From: Chrysomallon squamiferum
Taxonomy: Eukaryota > Animalia > Mollusca
DNA: 64,000 bases
Direction of reading: 5' to 3'
Assembly (NCBI GenBank): GCA_012295275.1
Contig: CM022669.1
Span: 19,282,001-19,346,000, forward strand
Below are positions 11,301 through 22,998 of this stretch, one piece after another. Below the pieces are notes generated by a model. It saw only the letters and a program-made list of their open reading frames with translations. It had not been told where the DNA came from and ran no database searches. The position numbers were made by a program, and so were the translations under genes. Every line of letters starts with the position of its first letter. Position 1 is the stretch's first letter.

Positions 11301-13594
11301 TTTGACACCCTTTACCATTGAAAGGACAATGAATGAATCTGAAACAACGAATTACCTTGTGAAAAATAGTCATGCAGTGAAGAAAGAGAAAGGGGTTCTA
11401 TCCCTCTATGATAAGAAACAAGTGAAAGTTCTGAATTGAAGGAGGAAATAGTCCAATTTTTTATGAAAGTGATGAGAACAGCAGAATATGTCCGGGAATG
11501 AAGGATACAATGAGCATTCGAAACAAAGATGGTGAGAAGGTTAAGCATCAAAAACACCTAGTTCTCTCAGATTTATGTGAACTTCATTCAGGTTTTAGTT
11601 AATCAGATGTTAACGGCAGAAAAGGTGTTATTACACCCAGGAAACTTTTATATGTTTTAGTTAACATGTGGGAGAATACATTTCAATAAAGGTCATCTCA
11701 AGGTTACGTGATCCACACAGTCAATGTCAACTGAACAATAATGGCAGATTTGGAATCCTTGTTATATTGCCTTTTCAACAATACCAATTTTATGAAGATT
11801 GGCCCAGTAGTTCCTGAGATATGAGGGTTCTAAGGTTGGTGGTCACGCCCATTTTTGCCAAAAATCTAAACATTCGGTGGGCCATATCTCCCACACCACT
11901 GGTCTGATTGGGCTAAAATTTCAGATTTGGAACTGTGGGATCCCAGTCAACAAGTATACCAAGTTTCATAAAAATCTGAGACGGTCGGATTTAACCCACT
12001 GGGTGATTTAACACGGAATGACCCTATATATGTATATTTAAAAAGCATATATTTAAAATTATATATTTATCTGAAACATTCTCAAATATTAAGTCATACG
12101 GATTAAGTCATACCAAGTTTCATAAACATCTGAGACGGTCGATTTAAATGTTTTTTGGGGGGTGATTTGAAACGGAGTGATTTATACATACTTGGCGAAT
12201 CACATTTGAGGAAAGGAATGATGTAGGTCACTGTATCCAGGCTGTGAAAGATCTGCCGAGTGGCTGGACTCCTAGCACAATTGTGAATGGTCCCCACTGC
12301 AGTTACAAAGATATCTCGTTTTTTCTGCAAAAGAGGATACTTTCTCTCAGTAGCAATGGTTCTTTATTTATTGAATTAATATTAACATAATAATGCACGG
12401 GTAAAAAGTGATTTTAACAAGATATAAAATATAAACAGGCAGACAGACAAATACAAAGACATGGAGAGATTGATGATTGGATTTATAGATGAATAGAAGA
12501 TGAATAGAAGACAAATACAGATAAATACAAATAGATACATGGATGCATAGATAAACAGATGAATAAAAAATAAGACGATAGAACGACAGATGAAGAAACA
12601 GTAAGATAAAGACAGATAGATAGATGAATAAAAAGTAAAATAAAGACAGATGGATAGATGGTCAGATGCTTAGATATGTAAAGTAATAATATACATTTAT
12701 ACGTACTTGGGGTTCTGAAATATCATCTTTCATTGCTTCAAGATCCTGTATGCAGAATTTAAAGAATCCAGTCTCTGCCAGGTATTCTCCAAACAACAAG
12801 CTTCCATCCGAGTAGTTCAACAACATATTTCGAATATGGAACAGAGCCATTGCAGCTGGAGCATTCTTGTTCTGATTATGAATGGATTCTGTGAAATATT
12901 CAATACCAACCTTTTTCATCAACAGGTCATACAGATCACATAGCAACTGTGTCATGTTAATTCTTGCCAAGTACTCAGATAAAGCTTCTTGTTCTTCTTG
13001 TTTGCTGAAATCAAAATACGACATTTTCACTAGTCTAACCAGATGATCTATCGACTGATCTACTTCTCCAGATTGGACCACTTTACTTATTTCTACAGCC
13101 ATGGAATCGAATAATTCAAAAGTCTCTTTCAAATCTGGGAAGTTTTCAATCAACTGTTTTGCTGCTTTTAGGTCATCTTCATGTTTTGCTTCAATTGGTA
13201 TGACCACTGGAACAGAAATAAAAAAGGTTTTATAACTGCTATGCATGTGCATAGGGGTGCGTGTGTGAGACGTTGCACGCACACACTAATAAGTATGTTC
13301 CAATGGATCTACCTAATTAGAAGAAATGTATGTTCTACTACCCTAACAAGTAGAAATACAGAATTTAAATAAGTATATTCTACTGGTTCTACCTAGCAAG
13401 TGAAATACAAAATTTAAATAAGCATGTTCTACTGCTACTATATAACAAGTAAAAGGAAAATTTAAATATGTGTGTTCTACTGTTTCTACCTAACAAGCAG
13501 AAACACAAAATTTAAGGATGTCTGCTGTGGATGACCTACCTGTTGTGTCTTCGTTTAGTTCATGTTCTGACGGAGAACTGCAGGCGATTCCCAT
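6104..13594 (-). CDS. ARM-repeat/TIR-domain protein, paralog A (~526 aa; MGIACS N-terminus; no SAM tail)
   Basis: Phase-consistent GT-AG exons: 13594-13540, 13206-12707, 12324-12192, 9366-9026, 8553-8430, 8245-8181, 7778-7625, 7109-6904. The stop is TAA at 6106-6104 if spliced, or at 6883 if the intron is read through. ARM-like helices: TIHNCAR, MKGLAKNDKNKTLLIEIGTLPVLMEIL. TIR motifs: HVMISY, FDVWMDVD, AMAEGVENAAVVLICMS, CNQEAEYA, IVPLMMQKNFKPEGWLG. Confidence 0.88.
9766..12024 (+). mobile_element. Degenerate DNA transposon (probably Sola/Sola2-type) inserted in an ARM-TIR paralog A intron
   Basis: Inverted ends GGGTCATT (9766) and AATGACCC (12024). Broken transposase 10736-11590: CSEPLNHH...LVPGDKLCCDC; ELKEKF...QILTLTP; FYESDENSRICPGMKD...KHQKHLVLSDLCELH. 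Absent from the 244-nt orthologous intron of paralog B. A second degenerate right end lies at ~12105-12180. Confidence 0.72.
13308..13516. repeat. ~48-bp tandem repeat derived from a microexon splice acceptor
   Basis: About 4-5 copies of GTTCTACCTAACAAGTAGAAATACAAAATTTAAATA. The same motif is the acceptor of the paralog B microexons at 29427 and 30088. Confidence 0.8.
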
Positions 13595-14311
13595 GAGGCA
13601 ATGTGCTATTCAAGTATAGTTTGCAAGCATTTCAGAGTCTGCAATAAAAATTAAAAATTGACAATGGATAATAAGTTGGGCTGGAAGTGCCACATTCCTT
13701 TATGTTTTAGTTGGGTTTTTTTCTGATATTTGGACTTGATGGAGGTTTTATTGTTGTTGTTTATTAACATCACATTATTACATTTATAAATACTTACTAG
13801 TGTACATGCACAAATGCATACGTACACATAAACCTGATCATACATACATATAAAAACCATAGTTATAAACACACGTAAACCCTCTATGTATTTATTTATT
13901 TGCATGCATATGCAATTAATATTTCATACATATGTATTTAGCAGGCAAAGGCCAAAAAATTCAATGTTTTTTTTTTTTTAAGTTATATTAGATTACTGTA
14001 AATATCTTGTATTCGATTACAAATGTATTTTTTGTTATTATTTATTTTATTTACAAGTGCTAAAAGTTTTCATTGCAAACGATATTATTCTGTTCTCTTT
14101 ATATTTGTTCTTCATTCTATACTATTACAATTATTACAGATAATTTTCAATGAATGTTATGTAAACAATAACAATAACAATAACAATGCACTATGTAGTA
14201 TGTGTATATATATAAAATTCTCATTTCTTTTTCCAATTATTTCAACGCGTTACCATTTCAATCACGAAAAAATAACAAAATAAATAAATAAATAAATAAT
14301 AACAATAATAA

Positions 14312-14342
<31 letters not shown>

Positions 14343-14720
14343 TAATAAATAAATAAATAAATAAAAATGGTGGAAATAACGCTATGGACGCATAGCACTT
14401 CAGTTACGCATGCGCGGTTGCCAATTAAGACAACATGGCAGCCGCCGTTAGACAAATTCAATTTTATATTATAATAAAATATGAATGCTTTGAAAGGAAA
14501 TATTTGTTCCTGATAACGTAGGCACAGACTGTAATATATTAAAAAGTCATTGCTAAAGATTTACAACGTTTAATCAGAGCAAACTTGCAAACTTTTACAT
14601 TCAGGTCATGATGTACGATCCGTTCGTGTTTTTCTCCCGATGTCCTTGAGCACCACACTGGTGGGAGGTTAACGTGACTGAACTATTAATGTACTTGTCA
14701 TTACACTGACTACTTTAAAA

Positions 14721-15517
14721 ATGACAATGAAAAAAAACCATTTGTCATCCGTGACACTGCAGTCGGTTATAATTCCATCCGTCGGTAAATTTTTATTATT
14801 GTAATAGAACTAGTGTTCATTCATTCATGATTCCGTTACATTGACATCAGCTGATAATCGCTTGTTGCATATAAATGAGATGTATCTTTGAATTTTAATT
14901 ACTGATACTTATTTTTGTTTTCGGAGGGTGGTTTGAATAAGTTATGTTACATTTTCAAGACAACCATCTCCTGGGTGAGTGAGAGTATACATGTTATTTG
15001 CCTTTGATCATTAAAGTAAACTAATTAAACAGGAAAAATAAAAAATAAAAAAAATAAATAAATAAAATAAAATTACAGTACAGTTGTAATAATAATAAAT
15101 GTCACAAAAAGAAACAACAAATATTGATAATAAGAGAAAAATTCCAAAATCATCAGTAAATTTATTTATAAATTAATGTTGCTAATTTTGTTTCCAAGCT
15201 AAAAATATAAGCTAATAGAATCTTACAGTTACAGAATTCAGTTAAAATCTAAACAGTTGAAAAATTTAATAAAAGCTATGGCTTAATTTTTAAAAATCAG
15301 TTACTTCCTGTGATCTATATATAAGTTAAAGAAGCCAATGCACCTGTTTTGTATTTTTTTTTTTTTTTTTTTTTTTGTACACAGTATAAACAGAGTTCCA
15401 GATGTGGTATAAGAGAGTTGGTTAATTTGAAATGCATGTTTACTTTCAGACAGACTAATAAAGATTTTTGAATCTGATACAGGCAGAGTGGTTCAGACAT
15501 ATTCTGATCATACTGCG
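14721..15517 (+). pseudogene. Truncated duplicate of WD40 gene exons 1-2
   Basis: 14721-14785 matches exon 1 (GTCATCCGTGA..CTGCAGTCGGTTATAAT..CCATCCGTCG) with deletions. 15450-15517 matches exon 2 (LIKIFESDTGRVVQTYSDH), then breaks off. Confidence 0.88.
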
Positions 15518-15534
15518 GTGTTTTGTCTTTTTTT

Positions 15535-15720
15535 TTTTGTGATTACATATTAGTTATCACTTATGATTTGTGATTACAAGTTAGTTATCTTTTATCATTT
15601 GTAATTACGTTAGTTATGAATTATCATTTCTGATTGTTAGTTATCACGATTTTGTGATTACAAGTTAGTTATATCTTATCATTTGTGATTACAAGTTAGT
15701 TATCTCTTATCGTTATCTCT
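15535..15720. repeat. ~28-bp minisatellite (TTGTGATTACAAGTTAGTTATC..TTATCAT) at the duplication breakpoint
   Basis: About 6 tandem diverged copies. Confidence 0.85.
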
Positions 15721-17708
15721 TTTCTGAGCATCTGGAATAAATACTAACAGTCATATATAATTTACTAATATAAATATCTTTTTAAATATTTTTTTAAATC
15801 TTTGTTTATCTTTGTGTTACTTCTGCTATTCCTATTGATACTACATCTATTACTACTACTACTTCTATTTTTGTATTAATACTATTATGACTACAGCTAC
15901 TACTACTATTATTACAGCTTCTACCATTATCACTACTTCTATAACTATTATTAATACTACTTGTTCTAGTACTACTGTTAGAACCATTACCGCTGCAATA
16001 ACGACAAGTAATTATCAACAGTACAACAGATATTGCTACTTATGCTGCCACTACTGCTGCTGCTGCTACTACTACTACTACTACTACTACTGCAATTACT
16101 ACTACTACTACTTCTACTTATAAGATACTGGTATTTTATTGCTACTGCAACAACAGCTACAATTAGTATTATACACTATTATTATACACGAATATTTAGC
16201 AGAGCGTCCATGCAGTGTCGTCATTAAATCATTAATCTCAGTGTCAGATTCATCTGTCATTGAAAAATTAATTTGTCCACAACGGAAACATTTTGTCGTA
16301 TTTTCAGAATTATTTGTGTATGCACAAAGACATAAAAAAAAAAAACCCACAAACAAACAAACATGTGTGTGTGTGTGTGTGTGCGCGTGTCTTGATTTTG
16401 CAAGCTCATATTTTATTACAACTGCAGCTCTGGCTATGCTTGTACCCTCCTCTGATTTATCTTACCTGAGTTTATTTATTGTGTGTAAAATACATTGTCT
16501 CAAGCTGTGTTAACTCTGACCCAACCGTCATAGAGCCATTATGTTTTTAATTTATTTGCATGTATATTTTACATAAAAACTGTTTTCCAGTCCAACAGAG
16601 CCATTTTACATGTAAAAAAAAACAAAAACAACAACAAAAAACAAAAAACCGTTTACTCCTGCCTTTGTACCAAGTTATCGAGTGACAATAAACATTTTTT
16701 TTGTCTTCATTGTACGATTTTATCTTGTTGGTTTTGATTCAAATGTTTATCAGTTGTTTTCCATGTCATTTTGAAATAAATCACATATTTTCTGCTTGTT
16801 TGAGAGTGTTTATCTTGTATAAGATGCACTGCCACAAGATGACCGAATGTGATCCAACCTGCATCAGCCGGGTTAGACTGGGCCAGTTTGGGCACGTGTC
16901 TCTAACCATTAATTAAGTTTTTTGATTTTTTTTTCTTTTGTGTTTTTTCCCCCATAATTTTATGCTGTAGTACTGTGCCATCCAAAGAAATGGGGTATCA
17001 TGTTTCAGTGTAAAGGCACCATTGAAGGTAAGCTTTGTGATGAACAGAAAGACCTGGTTCCAGATTATTATCCAACTTTACAAAATCAGATATTTTGAAA
17101 GAGCTGATTGCAAAGGAGGCAATAAGCCTGTTTAGGTTACAGTACTTTAAATATATCTTATCTTGTCATACAAATACTAATGCTATTCTTCTCTCCCCCT
17201 ACGTACGATGGGTGGTGAAAATAAAGATGACTTTCTCAAAGAAATTTACAGTTGTTTATTTAGAACATCTTGGATACTGCTGCAGATCTTTTGACCAAAG
17301 AGAACGGGTCTCTAGAAAATAATGATGTATTTGAATGTTAGAAAAGTGTGAACTTCTCTTGCAACGAAACAGTGAATGACTTTTTGGGGCAAAAATTAGT
17401 CTTTATAAGCAAACGTTTATTTTTCCTAGCCATCTGGATTAATTAATTAATTCATTGTTTATGAATATATGACTAATGCAATAACTGTCATTACAAGTAT
17501 ATAAAATAAAAGTTCAAACATTTTAACATCGGAAAATATAATCAGTTTAAAAAGATTTCTTACCTGAGACCATCTTGTAATAAAATAAACTTCGTTACTC
17601 ACTTCCGAATTGAATTTAATAAAATTACACATATTTTTTCTCCTTTATCACTGTTACATACATTTAGCATAACTACTCCAAATAAAAAAAAAAAAAAAAA
17701 AAAAAAAA

Positions 17709-17746
<38 letters not shown>

Positions 17747-18307
17747 CAGTCTTACTTTTTTCGATGTTGTAAATACTGTAAATATTGTAGCTGTTTGTAA
17801 TACTGGTTACAGCTAACGGAATGGCGAGGAATGAAGAATATACAGGTTACATCTGAAAAATAATATAGATACCGCGCGTAACACTGTTACTTGTTCAGTC
17901 CTGTTTTATCTATAGCGGGATCTTTTCTTTAATATTTTCTAATAAATAAAGGTCAGTTAATTTATTATAAACCAGAGATCTACACCGAGAGTTCAGTGAA
18001 AGAATCTGAGATCAAAACAGGATAACATGAAATGTTAAACGCACCCGAGTCATTTGTGTTTGTTCTTTCAAATTAGTATATCAGTATTTTGGGGAGGTAT
18101 AATGGCTCACAGCACGAATGACAACAAACTAACACTGTTATAAATGATTTAAAAGGCGCCATTTTAATCCTTATGTCACGTAATGATAATAATGATAATT
18201 ATTATTATTATTATTATTATTTTTTTTTTTTTTCTCAACGACACTCGAAGGATCTTTTTAGTAAGTCGACTATTGAAAAATGTTGTACTTAAGTGTGTGT
18301 ATATATA

Positions 18308-18842
18308 CAGTAGTATCTCGACTTACGAGTTTTTGTTTTGATTTACGAGCGAGCTTCAGATACGCCGTCGCTAATTGGCGCAACGAATAACATAACCTTC
18401 TGCTACCTGAAGGGCAGCATCCCGCGTCTCACTTGTTTGGTTCACGTGGTTACCTCCCCGCGGAAGCATCTCCGTTTTGTGTAGTATTTTACCAAATTTT
18501 TTTTTTTTTTTCTCTCGCCATGGATCCTAAGAAAGTGAGTGCAAAGGACACTGAATTAAAGCATGAATTCATAAAAAAAAACATGAGCGAGGTGTGCATG
18601 TAGTCTGTTTGGCTCGGGAATACTTCTACAATATGTACCGTGCTGAAGATGAGGGAGTCGAAAAAGGCTGTAACTCTAACCAAAGGTGTTAAAATATTTT
18701 GTCTGACCTCCAAGGCAAATACACTTTACAAAACCAATTATTTTTTTTACATTCTCTTTTTACTTTGTTTTTATACAATATTTGTCATTTATAAATATAT
18801 TTTTCTTATTTAAAAACACGATAAATGGTATTTCAATTAATT
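18308..18842 (+). mobile_element. Paralogous Tigger/pogo relic (right end lost)
   Basis: TA|CAGTAGTATCTCGACTTACGAG left TIR and degenerate MDPKKVSAKDTELK...STICTVLK coding remnant. Same insertion site as 375-828, so it predates the duplication. Confidence 0.78.
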
Positions 18843-18847
18843 AAACA

Positions 18848-18885
<38 letters not shown>

Positions 18886-21465
18886 CCCTCACCTTCTTGA
18901 GCGTCTTAGAAATGGCTATATAAATTGCTCCGACCTATATTTGTTAATCGTAATACATACGTTTCTACGTCCACATCATGCATTCAGTTATTCTATCATT
19001 TTATCAGAGTATTCAATCGGAACAGAGAGCTGCCAGTTTGAAATTCATATGTTTCTTTTGTCCTTCGTGTGACAAGAATAAACAAAAAAAATAATTTTCT
19101 GAAAAGATAACTATTTTAACACGGTGTATGAAAAATTATTTGATTAGTACAATGCGTAAATCTCTCAGACTTTGTCAAAAACATAATAAAGCTTTTCTTC
19201 TCTCCAGAAAAATCATTTTCCTAACCATACTTGATTAATTACTTATTTTTTTATGCTGACTAATGCAGCAACTGTTATTTACAAATAGATAAGATGTAAA
19301 AACAATTATAATGTCTAAATTTCTATCTGGTTAGCTCAGTTATAGTTTTCATATTAAAAGTTCTAAAGTAGAAGTCTTACTGAAATTACAACAGGTCATT
19401 TGATGCCTAGCTTTTAAAAACAACAAAATTAAATATATGGATACGAATGAATAAATAAACAAATAAAATTTCTAATACTTTAACATTGGGAAATGTATGT
19501 TGAATTTAAAATGATTTTTTGCCTGAAGTCATGCTGTAAAAATAACTTCTGAAACATTTTTATTGTTAAATGACTGTTAATTTTTGAACAGTTATTGGTA
19601 TTTTTAATCAAGCAAATTAATCAGAAATGTAGAAATGAAGTTACTACAATTTTTGTTTTTATGACATTGTATAAATTGTTAAAACAATAAAGAGAAACCG
19701 AAACCAGAAAATATTCACGTAAACGTGTACAGTAGTATGTAATAATTTTTAAAGCATTTATTATTTAAAATCTAAGATAATGAACAAATATACCCATTCA
19801 ACAAATCTGTTACAAGATTTATTCAAAAACACTGCTACATGTTTAGGATAATCTGACACAGTTAGACTGGACTCTAAATTCAAACAATATATGCCAAACT
19901 CTTTATTCCAGTATAAACTATTATTTTTGACAGATATTCTGGAGGTACTGACTTTAATTTGCATTTATGTGTGAAATAAACAACATTTATTTACTTCATT
20001 TAAAGTCTGTTCTATTTTGTTTTGTTTTGTTTTTCTTCTCATAATATCAGCTAATTGGGATAGGATATTCACATATGGGACACATCATCTGTTTGAGATT
20101 TACAAATACAAAGAGAAGAATGTTAAAATGAAATGAAATGAAATAAATAAATATATAAGTAAATAATAATAAAAAGAAAATTAAAAATTCATTAAGTGGA
20201 GTCAGATTTTTGATTATCTGATTAATTCTTTCTTTCAGTCTCTTGTAATTGTGTAAGGTCAACTTCATTCATTTGAAATAGGAATTCTGTAATCATCAAA
20301 ATTAAATAATGAACAAGAAAACACTTCATTGTCTTTATTAATCAATAAAAAAATAAAAGTTGTGACCCATCACATTGAAACAGGTCTCGTCACTTCCGAA
20401 GTACTGAACTTTAACTAACACCAGCAGTCATTCCAAAATTTATTATTTTGTTTATATCTTGCCAAAAATGGGTTTATGTATACCTTATCTCTTTCTTCCA
20501 GTAAAGAAACTGATAGATATTAATCCTAGTGTGTGGTTTGGAGCACTTTTATGAATATTATTTGCAATACTAGTATCCAAGAAACCTTCCAGTTTGTGTG
20601 GATACATCTTGTTATATTTCTGGAATTAAACTGATACAGGGTAAATGAGGCACCAATTTGAAGCTTATGGAATCAGAAATTTGAAAATGTTCGTAACTCC
20701 AATCAGCCAAAATTCAACTTAAGACTTGTTTGATGTGATGGGTCATAGTTAGTAAACAATAGACTTAACTACTTAAGATTATTATGATAAAATATTAATA
20801 TGTTAGGTACAAAATAGAGTTTGATAACAAACTTTGTCAGTCTACATTTCATGAGAATTCAAGACAGAAAACGAACAAATTACATTACATACAACCTAAT
20901 TATATAAAAATAAATAAAATATATATATATATATACTAGTATACATATGAAGAAAAAAGTAATAACCTGAAACATTCAAATAATATACGTGGTATTTCAG
21001 TAAATATGTATAAAGAAAAATTATATAAACATAAATAAAAATATTTGCTTGTTTTATATAAGCAAATAAATAAAAATAATATCATTGTTAGGGATATATA
21101 ATATAAACATACAAAGATTTAATTTGTGCATAAGAATGAAGGCAAAGTATTTTTTTTAAAATTGCAAATTCCGGCTTTTTTGTTATTATTTTTATTTTTA
21201 TTGTCATTGGTAATAAAATTTTAAACAAGTAAATTCTTATGTACAGAAATCTGAGCGTTTCCATATAAATAAGTTTATGTAAAAATGCATTGTATATATG
21301 TATGCAAATATGTATATATACATTCCATATTCATAGATATATTGTTTGTATATACAAAACTGTTTGAGTAGACTAACACATATTTTGATAAATAATCTTT
21401 CTATGAAGGTAAAATATGCATGAGATCAGTATCATGTTGAAAAGTTGAAAATGTATACACAAAAC

Positions 21466-21880
21466 AAGTAAAATAGCTGCAGAAATAGGTAATATCACAT
21501 CAGTGCTTCTAACAATAACATCTATTAATGTACTGGTATCTAAAACTGTACATAATTTGTAATACACTATATATCCAAGTAATATAGCAGCAGGAATAGA
21601 TAATGTCATATCGGTGTTTATAACAATAACATCAGAAAATGTATCTAAAAGAGGACATAATTTGTCATACGCTATATACATCAATAAAATAGTTGCAGGA
21701 ATAGAAAATATCACACCAGTGTTTGTAACAATAACATCACAAAATGTACTGATATCTAAAACTACATTATTTGTCATACACTATATACACCAGTAAAATA
21801 GTTGCAGGAATAGATAATATCACATCAATGCTTGTAACAATAACACCAGAAAGTATACTGATATCTAAAACAGTACTATA
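21466..21880. repeat. ~108-bp tandem repeat, ~4 copies
   Basis: Unit AGTAAAATAGTTGCAGGAATAGATAATATCACA...GATATCTAAAAC. A single copy occurs at ~4803-4920 in unit A. Confidence 0.85.
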
Positions 21881-22475
21881 CAGTAAATGAGATGAGAAAT
21901 TATGAACTTAATGCTAATAACAATAATAATAACATGCATATTGATATCTAAAGAAGAATACGGTATGTATTTGTCATATACTCTGTACATTAAATGAACT
22001 GACAGGATACAGAATATCACATTAATGCTAGTAACCAGAACAATGACATTGCCATGTATACTGATGTCCAAAGAAGAACATACTATGAATTTGTTTTGAT
22101 TTATTTTTTTTGTCTTAATTTAGAGTGTACAGAAAATGATTCTAAACTAACTGAATTATCTCCTTTATCAACTTGTATTGTTGTTGTTACTGTTATTATC
22201 ATCATCATTAATACCATGATCATCATCATTATTGTCATCATTAATACCATCATCATCATCATTGTTATTATAATCATTATAATTTTTACAGTTTATTATT
22301 ATCATTATCATCATCATTATTATGATCATTAATACCATGATCATCATTATTATTATTATTAGATATCATTATTGTGATCGTCATCTTTATTATTATTATG
22401 ATGTTATCATCATCATTATTACAATCATTATTATGATTCTTACAGTTTATTATTATCACTATCATTCTCATTATC

Positions 22476-22507
<32 letters not shown>

Positions 22508-22545
22508 ATTGAAATTATTTGTACCCATGACAAAGTTACTTTTTA

Positions 22546-22946
22546 TTACAATCTGTCAACTGCATGTGAAAATTTCATCAATTCTTCCAAACTGCACAGT
22601 TCAAGTTTTCTCTCAAGATATCCAAAATAAAATTCTGGAGCCTGGAAAAACAAAAGTATTGAATATTTACATTAAACATATTCTGAAAATGTAACACAAA
22701 AATGGTGCACTTCTAGTAGTTTGGTGATAATCAAATTTTAAGATAATTTTAATTAAATATGAAGATTCTTATGATGTGCAGTTATAAAAAAAAAAGAAGA
22801 AGAGAAATTAATTAATAGTTAATTCATTATAATGCAGACTCAAAACTTTTCAATATTTTTATATTTGAAAACCATAATGTGAGAAAAACGAACCATGAAG
22901 CAACTGCAGTTAATAATTTGCTGTGTATGATAACTAATACAAAAAA

Positions 22947-22998
<52 letters not shown>

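Larger units (their letters stand above)
1..15517. repeat. Segmental duplication unit A (left end runs off the window); paralogous to ~17560-32835
   Basis: Collinear matching blocks: 1-750 vs 17924-18842; 3600-4760 vs 19740-20900; 4800-9760 vs 21790-27800; 12180-13200 vs 27805-28820; 13590-13950 vs 30670-31070; 14360-15517 vs 31880-32835. Homology ends inside WD40 exon 2. Confidence 0.93.

Noticed and set aside
16520-16700. Possible non-LTR retroelement 3' tail ending TGACAATAAAC
   Set aside because: No coding remnant or second copy in the window; too weak to call.
21373-21777. 134-aa hydrophobic repeat ORF
   Set aside because: It arises from the ~108-bp tandem repeat; no conserved equivalent frame or splice context was found.
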